From: a virus
DNA: 51,557 nt
Direction: 5' to 3' (one strand)
Virus record (IMG/VR): IMGVR_UViG_3300028887_000011
Span: 1-51,557 of that record
Under the pieces are notes generated by a model that was not told the origin of the DNA, did not search any database, and saw nothing but the letters and a program-made list of their open reading frames with translations. This document shows positions 7,793 to 15,378 of this stretch, one piece after another. The translations under genes and the position numbers were made by a program. Position 1 is the first letter of the stretch; the number at the start of each line of letters is the position of its first letter.

Positions 7793-8061
7793 TGGCTGAA
7801 ATAAAATATTCTGAAATCAGCAGGGCCAAGATTGCAGATACACGAAATGCAGTAATTTCTGAATGTTCAAAGGGAGGCTTTACTCTGGCTCAGCAGCTTG
7901 AGGTGAGAGAGGGAGACGGAAAAACCGTGGTATTTCTTAAGGGAGCACTTCACATTGATTCAATCGAGGGGCTGCATGAACTCAGAGATGCAATTAATGT
8001 TGCAATAATGAAAGTTGAAGGTCCAAAGGACTTCGAGAACGACGACGAATGGGAAGATTAA
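7792..8061 (+). CDS. Hypothetical protein (89 aa) ending in the acidic/Trp tail NDDEWED
   Basis: ORF with TAATG overlap to the upstream gene. Confidence 0.55.
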   Translation: MAEIKYSEISRAKIADTRNAVISECSKGGFTLAQQLEVREGDGKTVVFLKGALHIDSIEGLHELRDAINVAIMKVEGPKDFENDDEWED

Positions 8062-8089
8062 ATTAAAACAAAAAATTTTAAAAAAACCG

Positions 8090-8118
8090 TTGACAAACCC
8101 ATTTTGTTGTGATATAAT
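8090..8118 (+). promoter_or_regulatory. Consensus promoter P3 with extended -10
   Basis: TTGACA 8090-8095, TG 8110-8111, TATAAT 8113-8118. A-tract upstream. Confidence 0.8.
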
Positions 8119-8232
8119 GTAATTACAGAAGAACAAAGAGAACACAAACTTAGAGTTCTTCAACGGTAAGGTAAAGTCCTCAGATGAGGGTAACAAAATC
8201 AAAATTTATTTATTTAAAAGGAGAAATGAAAA

Positions 8233-9045
8233 ATGGCTAAGAACTACACACTTAAGGAAGCTGCTAACATCATCGCAGAGGGTAAGAAGAAGGACGAAAT
8301 CATGGAAATCGGCAAGCGTTTTCCGCTCCTCGCTGTTTCACTTTCAGCAGTAATTGCTAAGGCAAACGATTCATTCCTTGACTTCATCAACTATATGCCC
8401 GACCACATCACAGCAAACAAGATTAACTCGGCTATGAAGGCAGACATTGAGGATTCAGATACAGACGAAGATATAGAGGCAGCTGAAGCAGAGGCTCCTG
8501 CAAGTAAGCCTGCAAAGAAGACTAAGAAGTCAGAAGAGGCAGAAACAGAATCTGATTACAATGCAATCAGCGGCTCAAAGCTTTATGACATGATTAAGGC
8601 AGCAGGTAAGATTAAGGACCTTAAGGCAAAGGGCTTCGGTACAAAGAAGGCAGACCTTGTGGCTTATCTTGAAAAGTTCCCCCTTGATTCAGAAGATGCA
8701 GACGACGAGGACGAGGCAGAGGCTGAAACAGAGACAGAGGAAAGCGGCAAGTATGATGATATGAATGCAATGGAACTCTTCAAGGAGTGCAAGAAGCGTG
8801 GCATAAAGGCAGCTCCCAAGAAGCCTGCTAAGTTCTATGTTGAACTTCTTGAAAAGAACGATGCAGAGAATGCAGAAGATGAAGCTGAGGCAGACGAAAA
8901 TGAGGATTGGGACGAAGAGCCTGAGGAAAAGCCTGCTAAGCCTGCTAAGTCTGAAAAGAAGGCAGAAAAGAAGGCAAAGCCTGCAAAGAAGGCTGAACCT
9001 AAGGAAGAGCCTGAGGACGATGAGGACGACGATTGGGACATCTAA
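8233..9045 (+). CDS. Highly acidic, Lys/Glu/Asp/Ala-rich protein with two HeH/SAP-like motifs
   Basis: AAAGGAG upstream. Motifs are SKLYDMIKAAGKIKDLKAKGFGTKKADLVAYLEKF and MELFKECKKRGIKAAPKKPAKFYVELLEK. Ends in EDDEDDDWDI. Confidence 0.7.
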   Translation: MAKNYTLKEAANIIAEGKKKDEIMEIGKRFPLLAVSLSAVIAKANDSFLDFINYMPDHITANKINSAMKADIEDSDTDEDIEAAEAEAPASKPAKKTKKSEEAETESDYNAISGSKLYDMIKAAGKIKDLKAKGFGTKKADLVAYLEKFPLDSEDADDEDEAEAETETEESGKYDDMNAMELFKECKKRGIKAAPKKPAKFYVELLEKNDAENAEDEAEADENEDWDEEPEEKPAKPAKSEKKAEKKAKPAKKAEPKEEPEDDEDDDWDI

Positions 9046-9074
9046 TATAAATCAATCGAATACTTCATATAATT

Positions 9075-9100
9075 GGGGTGGCCGAACAATCGGCCGCTCC
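9075..9100 (+). terminator. GC-rich hairpin, putative intrinsic terminator after the acidic-protein gene
   Basis: GGGGTGGCCGA-acaa-TCGGCCGCTCC gives 11 bp including 2 G-U pairs. The following T-tract is only weak. Confidence 0.45.
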
Positions 9101-9123
9101 TACTCCTTATTGGAGGTGAAACA

Positions 9124-9603
9124 GTGAAAAGAATATTTACAGATGGAGCTTGCAGCTGCAATCCTGGTCCAGGAGGGTGGGCATTTATAGTTCTTCATGA
9201 AAAAGATATTGAAACAATATCAGGTGGAGAGCGACAGACGACAAACAATCGTATGGAGTTAAAAGCAATAGTTGAAAGTTTGAGATATATTTGTTTGCAT
9301 TATGTGGCAAATCAGAGTGAAAAAGATTTTTGTATTATTTCAGATTCAGCATATGTTATTAATTCGATAAATGCAAATTGGATAAATTCTTGGAAGATGA
9401 ATGGTTGGAAAACAACCAAAGGCCAGACGGTAAAAAATCGAGATTTATGGCAAGATTTTTTGAGATATTTGTCGTATATGCACAAAGACAAAATGAAAGT
9501 AACTTTTGAAAAAGTAAAAGGACACAGCGGAAATTCATTCAATGAAATGGTGGATATAGCTGCGAAAAATGAAGTATACAAAATACAAAGAGGTGAAAGC
9601 TAA
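9124..9603 (+). CDS. rnhA: Ribonuclease H (RNase HI type)
   Basis: FTDGACSCNPGPGGWA, TNNRMEL, ISDSAYV and KVKGHSG...NEMVDIAAK. GTG 9124 lies 6 nt after GGAGGTG. Confidence 0.85.
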   Translation: MKRIFTDGACSCNPGPGGWAFIVLHEKDIETISGGERQTTNNRMELKAIVESLRYICLHYVANQSEKDFCIISDSAYVINSINANWINSWKMNGWKTTKGQTVKNRDLWQDFLRYLSYMHKDKMKVTFEKVKGHSGNSFNEMVDIAAKNEVYKIQRGES

Positions 9604-9983
9604 TGCGCCAGAAATATTCGCAAGAATTTTACAGAAAAGAGTTCAATGGTGAAACGGTAAAAGATGCATATTTAAAAGCATGCAAATGGTATGCAACAAA
9701 TGTAATAAGTGCAGATGAATTTGAAGGTGTTCAAGTAGAATTTGAAAAAGGACAAAACAAAGAATTTCCATCTGTTATCATACATTTGTTTGTCGCAGTT
9801 GATGAAAACAAATTGAAAAAAGAACACTGCGAAGTTTGTCATGAAGCGCACAGATTGTTTTACATGAATGATATTAATTGCCAGAATTGCAATGTGGCAG
9901 GTTATCAGAACAGAAGCAAAAGTGTGCTTGATGTAAAAAAGCAATTTTACAGAGAGAAGTTGAAGCAAAGATGTGGAAGTTAA
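9603..9983 (+). CDS. Hypothetical protein (126 aa) with a C-terminal CxxC...CxxC region
   Basis: ORF with TAATG overlap to rnhA. Confidence 0.55.
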   Translation: MRQKYSQEFYRKEFNGETVKDAYLKACKWYATNVISADEFEGVQVEFEKGQNKEFPSVIIHLFVAVDENKLKKEHCEVCHEAHRLFYMNDINCQNCNVAGYQNRSKSVLDVKKQFYREKLKQRCGS

Positions 9984-10339
9984 TCTTGACATCGTTTTTG
10001 GAATTTCTCTTGGATATATTACTTTGGTTTAAGGAAAACATAAGACTATTTGTGGGAATGATACAATTGGCAATGCCATATTTGATGTATTGGTTAGGTT
10101 GCAAACATGATTTTATGATTGTGTTTTTGATTATTCCTATTGTAAGTTTTTTGTTCCAAGTAATATTGAACCGAACAAACGAAAAGCTTGGTCAAGGCAA
10201 AGAAATTCCAATACCTGAAAGTAGGTTTACAAAGGAAGATTCAGATGGTGAAGTGTCAATTGATACAAACCGCCTGCAAGAAATGATTCTTTATGTAGCC
10301 GACGTAGAAGATTATTTGCAAAGAAAACATTTGATATAA
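9971..10339 (+). CDS. Predicted multi-pass membrane protein (122 aa)
   Basis: Three hydrophobic segments in the N-terminal 70 aa. Weak SD. Confidence 0.5.
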   Translation: MWKLILTSFLEFLLDILLWFKENIRLFVGMIQLAMPYLMYWLGCKHDFMIVFLIIPIVSFLFQVILNRTNEKLGQGKEIPIPESRFTKEDSDGEVSIDTNRLQEMILYVADVEDYLQRKHLI

Positions 10340-10344
10340 GCTAC

Positions 10345-10438
10345 TTACACCAGGACACCACTTATTCATTCAGTTGCCATAGGTGAATAAATTTATCTTG
10401 TCAGAAATGAAGCCTCCTAATTAGGTGTCCTGGTGTAA
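10345..10438. other. Long inverted-repeat / structured intergenic element (15-bp perfect arms, 64-nt interior)
   Basis: TTACACCAGGACACC (10345-10359) pairs with GGTGTCCTGGTGTAA (10424-10438). Inner hairpin is TTATTCA/TGAATAA (10362-10368/10384-10390). Palindrome CCTAATTAGG lies at 10416-10425. Confidence 0.7.
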
Positions 10439-10457
10439 AATATAAAGGAATGATAAA

Positions 10458-10757
10458 ATGGAAAAATTTACATTGCTCGGCAAAGCAATAGAATGTAAGT
10501 CACCAAACAAAAATGATTATCATGAAAAAAGATATGGAGAAGTTTTTGGTTATGATGAAAACAAACCTATTGTTTATGTAGTTTCTTGGTTCGATTCTTT
10601 TGTCGGTTATGAGGTGTTAATGGTACCAATTGCAAACATAATTGGTATTGGAAGAAAAATAAAAGACGAATATGAAAGAAGAAAAATGCAAAAAGCAATT
10701 GAAGAATTTTGCAATTCCGAAGAAGGTAAAAGGTGTAAAAGGTATGCAGAATTATGA
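10458..10757 (+). CDS. Hypothetical protein (99 aa)
   Basis: ORF only. Confidence 0.55.
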   Translation: MEKFTLLGKAIECKSPNKNDYHEKRYGEVFGYDENKPIVYVVSWFDSFVGYEVLMVPIANIIGIGRKIKDEYERRKMQKAIEEFCNSEEGKRCKRYAEL

Positions 10758-10896
10758 TACAAGTAATGAAAGTAAGTTCTTTGAAAAGCTAATGGCCGAT
10801 GGTCAAAGGATAAAAAGACAAGAAGAAGAAAAATGCAAAAACTGTTCCTATGAAATATGTGATGAATGTCAAATCAGAAAAGGAGTAAAACAATGA
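10744..10896 (+). CDS. Small Cys-rich protein (CKNCSYEICDEC)
   Basis: ORF 10672..10896 trimmed to ATG 10744 to limit overlap with the upstream gene. Confidence 0.4.
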   Translation: MQNYDTSNESKFFEKLMADGQRIKRQEEEKCKNCSYEICDECQIRKGVKQ

Positions 10897-11168
10897 AAGC
10901 TATTTTAATCGGTGCATTACTTTTACCGATAGTTGCCTTAGGTTTAGGAGTACTTACATGTCTTTCAGATTGGATAGGAGATATCTGCGAAAAAGCAATA
11001 GAGTTTACCAAGTATACAATGTACATTGGAGGTCTCAGAATAAAATCAATATTTCAATTTGATTCAATCGAGAAAGCTATGAGCTTGGCTTATATGTATA
11101 ACTTTAAAGAGGCCAGACGTCATATATTTACAATAGATGATATCAAGATATGGAAGGCATTCATATAA
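10893..11168 (+). CDS. Small protein with an N-terminal signal/transmembrane segment
   Basis: ATG 10893 after AAGGAG, with ATGA overlap. N-terminus is MKAILIGALLLPIVALGLGVL. Confidence 0.5.
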   Translation: MKAILIGALLLPIVALGLGVLTCLSDWIGDICEKAIEFTKYTMYIGGLRIKSIFQFDSIEKAMSLAYMYNFKEARRHIFTIDDIKIWKAFI

Positions 11169-11269
11169 TTGACCAGTATCAAGCTGGCTTTGATTTGAAT
11201 GTATAGGCCATATAGAATATCTAAAATAAATTAAGTGCGACTGGCTTGATTACGGTGAGACTGACAATA

Positions 11270-11296
11270 TGTTGAATTGTTGAAAACTATGTTGAA
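11270..11296 (+). repeat. Three direct copies of TGTTGAA upstream of P4
   Basis: Copies at 11270-11276, 11278-11284 and 11290-11296. Flanked by CTGAC/GTCAG. Confidence 0.6.
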
Positions 11297-11339
11297 AGTC
11301 AGATATATAATTAAAATAAAAAAATATATCAAGAAAGTA

Positions 11340-11368
11340 TTGACAAACAAAATATTTCATGGTATAAT
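11340..11368 (+). promoter_or_regulatory. Consensus promoter P4 with extended -10
   Basis: TTGACA 11340-11345, TG 11360-11361, TATAAT 11363-11368. Confidence 0.8.
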
Positions 11369-11427
11369 TAATACATAAGATAAAACAACACTTCAAATGA
11401 AGCAAGACCTTAGAGGAGGAAAAGAAT

Positions 11428-11628
11428 ATGACAGGTACAGTTAGAACAACAACAGTAAATGGAGTTACTTTTGAAGTATGGAGCGATTTTATCGCAAGAG
11501 GTACATTTGCAAAAAACATTCAGACAGGTGAAACAAAGAAGATTCAGGGAAGTGGATATATTCACAAAGACCTGACAGTAAGAAAAGCAATTGCTCTGAT
11601 ATTCCAGATGCCAACATTCAGAAAGTGA
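11428..11628 (+). CDS. Hypothetical protein (66 aa), first gene after P4
   Basis: AGAGGAGG upstream. Confidence 0.6.
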   Translation: MTGTVRTTTVNGVTFEVWSDFIARGTFAKNIQTGETKKIQGSGYIHKDLTVRKAIALIFQMPTFRK

Positions 11629-11643
11629 AAAGGAGTGTTAAGT

Positions 11644-11877
11644 ATGACAAACATTAATGAGAAAATGATAGCTAATATCAATACAATTGCAAAAGAAAAT
11701 TGGGAAAAAGCTCAGGGAATGCTCGATATGTTAAATGAGCTTGCAGGAACAAAGTTTGGTTGGTTAAACAAAAGAGTGGTAAGGTTTGAGAATCCTGATG
11801 GCTCTACAGCTGAAAGATATGCAAATGCTCATGATTTAGAGGCAGAACTTTGGTGCAAAGAAAAATTTGAAAACTAA
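11644..11877 (+). CDS. Hypothetical protein (77 aa)
   Basis: ORF 11635..11877 trimmed to ATG 11644, 8 nt after AAAGGAG. Confidence 0.55.
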   Translation: MTNINEKMIANINTIAKENWEKAQGMLDMLNELAGTKFGWLNKRVVRFENPDGSTAERYANAHDLEAELWCKEKFEN

Positions 11878-11922
11878 GGTGAAATTAATACACTTTTCAG
11901 TAAATAGAAATTTTGAATAGGT

Positions 11923-11950
11923 TCCGTAACTGTTGATTCAGATTTACGGA
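11923..11950 (+). other. Hairpin TCCGTAA/TTACGGA upstream of the small terminase gene
   Basis: 7-bp stem with a 14-nt loop. No U-tract. Confidence 0.3.
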
Positions 11951-11995
11951 GCCCATTCTTGTTATATAGAGAATTTTAAAGGAAAGGAGAAGCTC

Positions 11996-12619
11996 ATGGG
12001 CAAGCAAAGGAAGTCAAGAATAGACCAATTATTTGATGAAGATATGTTGGTATTAATAGAAGGTTTGGCACGCGACGGCTATACCAATCAGGACATCGCT
12101 CGTCGAATAGGAGTTGAGCCTTCGGTGTTATATAATGCCAAGCGAGAACGCCCAGAAATCAATGCCGCTATCAATCGTGGTAAGCAATTGGTAGATTATA
12201 AAGTAGAGAATGCTCTACTTAAATCTGCTTTAGGTTATCGAACAAAAGAAGTAAAGGTGACAACCATAATGAGATATGGCAAGGTGGTAGAAGAGCAAAA
12301 GGAAGTTCTTGAAAAAGATGTAGCACCTAATTCAATATCATGTCAAGTATGGCTGTATAATAGATGCCCTGATAAATGGAAACGTAATCGAGATAAATTG
12401 CTTGAAGATGATGAAGAAGCAACAATCCAAGTAACAGTAAAAAGAGCTTCAGAGAATGAAACAGAAGAATCTGAGGAAGATACTGAGTGGCAAGACGAAG
12501 TAAATGAATCAGTAACAGTAAAGAATAAAAAGCAAAATAAAGATAATAATAAAAAGGAAGATAAAACACAAGATAGAGATTATTGGCCAGATGATTGGTC
12601 AGAAGATGAGGAGTGGTAA
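11996..12619 (+). CDS. terS: Terminase small subunit
   Basis: Sits directly upstream of terL. HTH-like GYTNQDIARRIGVEPSVLYNAKR. ATG 11996 follows AAAGGAGAAG. Acidic tail ends DDWSEDEEW. Confidence 0.7.
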   Translation: MGKQRKSRIDQLFDEDMLVLIEGLARDGYTNQDIARRIGVEPSVLYNAKRERPEINAAINRGKQLVDYKVENALLKSALGYRTKEVKVTTIMRYGKVVEEQKEVLEKDVAPNSISCQVWLYNRCPDKWKRNRDKLLEDDEEATIQVTVKRASENETEESEEDTEWQDEVNESVTVKNKKQNKDNNKKEDKTQDRDYWPDDWSEDEEW

Positions 12620-12622
12620 GGT

Positions 12623-13990
12623 ATGCCAAAGATAACATTAAAAGTAGGACCTGTATTTGAGGACTTTATTTTTAACTGGGACTATGAAACATATTTGCTA
12701 ATTGGAGGATATGGCTCAGGTAAGAGTTATCAAGTGGCTACTAAAATCATTCTGAAATTACTAAAGGAAAAAAGAAAGTGCTTAGTAGTTCGTGAGGTAT
12801 TTGAAACTTTATCCGAATCATGTTTTGATTTATTCAAAGAGATATTGGATAAAATGGGATTGCTTACTGAGGACCCTTACGAATACAAAAGGAAAAGGAC
12901 TAAAGTATTGGCTCAGAAATCACCAATGCAAGTAAAGTTTCCAAATGGAAGTAGGATAATATTCAAAGGAATGGATAAGCCTGCTAAAGTAAAGTCATTG
13001 AATGGTGTAAGTATTGTATGGCTTGAGGAATGTTCTGAAATAAAGTATGATGGTTATAAAGAACTATTAGGAAGAATCAGAACACCAAATGTAAGTATGC
13101 ATTTCATTTTATCTTGCAATCCAGTATCGAGAGATAACTGGGTGTACAATAGATTCTTTATTACAACAGATAATGAAGGTAAAACAAAAGTAATATGTAA
13201 GGAAGATGAATTTTATAGTAAGAAGTGCTTAGTAAAGAATGGCATATATTATCATCATTCTACACCGACAGACAATCCATGGTTACCAGAAGCTTATCTA
13301 AAAAGATTAGAAGGAATAAAGGACTATGATTATCCTTTATACATGGTAGCAAGATGGGGACAGTTCGGTGCAACAGGTACAAGAGTTCTCCCTCAGCTTA
13401 TGGTATATTCTAAACCAAAAGAATTTAAGAGTATCATAAATAGGCTTGGACCAGAAAATCAGTACTTTGGTTTTGACTTTGGTTTTGAAGAAAGTTACAA
13501 TGCAGTGATAAGCATGTCAGTAGATATAGCTAATGGAGCATTATACATTTGGGACGAGATATACATCAATCATGTAACCGATGATAAGATGGCAAACCTT
13601 GAGGAAATGCAAGCTTTAAAGCAAAGGCTATTATCGTATAACAATTCAGGTTATAACAAAATGATAGTAGCAGATAATGAGGACCCTAAAGCAATAAGCT
13701 ATTATAGGCAGTTAGGTTTTCCTATTCGTGCTTGTAGAAATAAGTTTGCAGGTTCAAGATTATCAAATACAAGAAAAATAAAAAGATTCAGAAGAATATA
13801 TGTAAGCCCTAAATGCAAAAATGTAATCAGAGAATTAAAGGACCTTACGTATCGAAAAGACAATAAAGGTAATGTGGTGTATGATGAATTTAACATTGAC
13901 CCGCATAGCTTTTCTGCTATTTGGTATGCATTAGACATGGTGACGGTAGCAGACCTTAAAGAAAAGGAGTTTAATTCAAGAGGAGGTTAA
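12623..13990 (+). CDS. terL: Terminase large subunit (PBSX/Terminase_6-like ATPase-nuclease)
   Basis: Walker A LIGGYGSGKSY and Walker B IVWLEECSE. Size and position are typical. Confidence 0.9.
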   Translation: MPKITLKVGPVFEDFIFNWDYETYLLIGGYGSGKSYQVATKIILKLLKEKRKCLVVREVFETLSESCFDLFKEILDKMGLLTEDPYEYKRKRTKVLAQKSPMQVKFPNGSRIIFKGMDKPAKVKSLNGVSIVWLEECSEIKYDGYKELLGRIRTPNVSMHFILSCNPVSRDNWVYNRFFITTDNEGKTKVICKEDEFYSKKCLVKNGIYYHHSTPTDNPWLPEAYLKRLEGIKDYDYPLYMVARWGQFGATGTRVLPQLMVYSKPKEFKSIINRLGPENQYFGFDFGFEESYNAVISMSVDIANGALYIWDEIYINHVTDDKMANLEEMQALKQRLLSYNNSGYNKMIVADNEDPKAISYYRQLGFPIRACRNKFAGSRLSNTRKIKRFRRIYVSPKCKNVIRELKDLTYRKDNKGNVVYDEFNIDPHSFSAIWYALDMVTVADLKEKEFNSRGG

Positions 13991-13991
13991 A

Positions 13992-14174
13992 TTGAAAATG
14001 GAAAATGCAAGAATAGAAATCACTTTTAGAAGTGGTGAATCAGTAATATACAACCCAGAAGATTGGGACGACTATGCTTATGACGGTAAGTCTGTCATAG
14101 TAAAGAAGAATGGTTCATGGATAGGAATATATAACTTTGATTATGTGTTCTGCGTTGAATTGAAAGAAGGGTGA
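13992..14174 (+). CDS. Hypothetical protein (60 aa)
   Basis: Starts at TTG 13992 or ATG 13998 after AGGAGG (13981-13986). Confidence 0.45.
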   Translation: MKMENARIEITFRSGESVIYNPEDWDDYAYDGKSVIVKKNGSWIGIYNFDYVFCVELKEG

Positions 14175-14377
14175 ATATGCCTAAGAAATTTATAAAGGCC
14201 ACATTGATTCGTGCTGGCCACACTACAGCTCAAACGGCTCTTGGTATGATAGGCACATCGGTATTCATATCAGATATTAAATGGCCTCAGCTACTGAGTG
14301 CTGTAGGACTTGCTACAATGGTATCTATTTTGAAGTCAATAACCTTAGGTTTACCAGAAATAGATAAGGAGGAATGA
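14171..14377 (+). CDS. Holin (r1t/LL-H-like family)
   Basis: FIKATLIRAGHTTAQTALGMIG...WPQLLSAVGLATMVSILKSI matches the remembered r1t-holin pattern. It lies directly upstream of the endolysin. The start is either 14171 or 14177. Confidence 0.65.
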   Translation: MNMPKKFIKATLIRAGHTTAQTALGMIGTSVFISDIKWPQLLSAVGLATMVSILKSITLGLPEIDKEE

Positions 14378-14383
14378 AACAAA

Positions 14384-14911
14384 ATGAATAGTCCATATGA
14401 AGGAAAATTTTATATATCACAAGCTTTCAAAGGTTCAGCCCATGATGGATTGGATTTAGTCGGTATTGATTCAAAAGACATACATGCAACTGCAAATGGA
14501 AAAGTAATATTTGCTGGTTGGGAAAATCCAAATAACCATTATCAAGGCTTTGGTCAATATGTTGTGATTCAAGATGCAACAGGAAAAATGTTCCATTTCG
14601 GCCATTTATCTGAAATCAAATGTAATGTAGGTGACATAGTAAAAATCACTGATGTAATTGGTGTCGAAGGAAGTACAGGTCATTCTACAGGAAGTCATTG
14701 TCATTATTGTGTAAGAACCTCATTAAATCCCGGAACATTTCTTGATGTAAATGCTATTTCAGGTATTCCAAATATTGAGGGTGCTACCTATGATGATGGC
14801 TACAGACCAAATCAAAAGCAAGAAGTAAAAGAATCTGATACAAATAAAACAGTTGAAGCAATAATTGAGATTGAAGGACACAAATATTCAGGTTTACTTT
14901 CGGAGGTGTAA
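14384..14911 (+). CDS. Endolysin, M23 (LytM-type) metallopeptidase
   Basis: HDGLDL (HxxxD), ANGKVIFAG and GSTGHSTGSHCHY (HxH). TAAGGAGG upstream. Confidence 0.8.
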   Translation: MNSPYEGKFYISQAFKGSAHDGLDLVGIDSKDIHATANGKVIFAGWENPNNHYQGFGQYVVIQDATGKMFHFGHLSEIKCNVGDIVKITDVIGVEGSTGHSTGSHCHYCVRTSLNPGTFLDVNAISGIPNIEGATYDDGYRPNQKQEVKESDTNKTVEAIIEIEGHKYSGLLSEV

Positions 14912-14918
14912 ATGGAAT

Positions 14919-15167
14919 ATGGTAACATTGAGAGATTGTAAGCAAGTTGGAATGACAAATACTTTCCCACCTAAAAAGATTATTATAGCAGATATTCAAG
15001 TCGATGAAGAAGAGGAACTTGAATCAATAACAACAACAAGTATTCCTGGTTTTATTTTATTTCAAGGAAGTATAGTTTGGGTAATTTCAACAGGTGCATT
15101 TTATGCTATGACATCAGGCGGGCAATGGAAGTCACAAGGTGAAGGAGAATCAAGCGAGGGAACATAA
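14919..15167 (+). CDS. Hypothetical protein (82 aa)
   Basis: ORF 14865..15167 trimmed to ATG 14919, 10 nt after GGAGGTG. Confidence 0.45.
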   Translation: MVTLRDCKQVGMTNTFPPKKIIIADIQVDEEEELESITTTSIPGFILFQGSIVWVISTGAFYAMTSGGQWKSQGEGESSEGT

Positions 15168-15376
15168 TGCATAAAAATCAAGATTTAGGTTTATATGAAT
15201 TACTTAAGCAAAGATGTTTCCAAAGCATTCAATGTGGAATAAGCTTTTATGAAATATTAAAAGCAAAAGCTTTTTCAAAGAAGGTTAATTTGCAATCGCG
15301 GGTATTATTTACATCTGAAAATGAGATTTTTGTTACAAGCGATGGAAAATATATTTTTTTAAGAAAGGAGAGATAG
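15167..15376 (+). CDS. Hypothetical protein (69 aa)
   Basis: ORF with TAATG overlap. Confidence 0.45.
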   Translation: MHKNQDLGLYELLKQRCFQSIQCGISFYEILKAKAFSKKVNLQSRVLFTSENEIFVTSDGKYIFLRKER

Positions 15377-15378
15377 AT

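Noticed and set aside
8837-9127. + strand 96-aa ORF in an alternative frame over the 3' end of the acidic-protein gene (similarly 41985..42227 over the SSB tail)
   Set aside because: These are Lys/Arg-rich frame-shifted readings of GAn/AAG repeats. There is no SD, and the ORF would run through the terminator-like hairpin.
10430-10441. CTGGTGTAAAAT as a second promoter class (-10 TAAAAT)
   Set aside because: No -35-like hexamer lies at 16-18 nt spacing in either copy, and the TG is not at the extended -10 position. The motif is kept only as part of the repeated-element observation.
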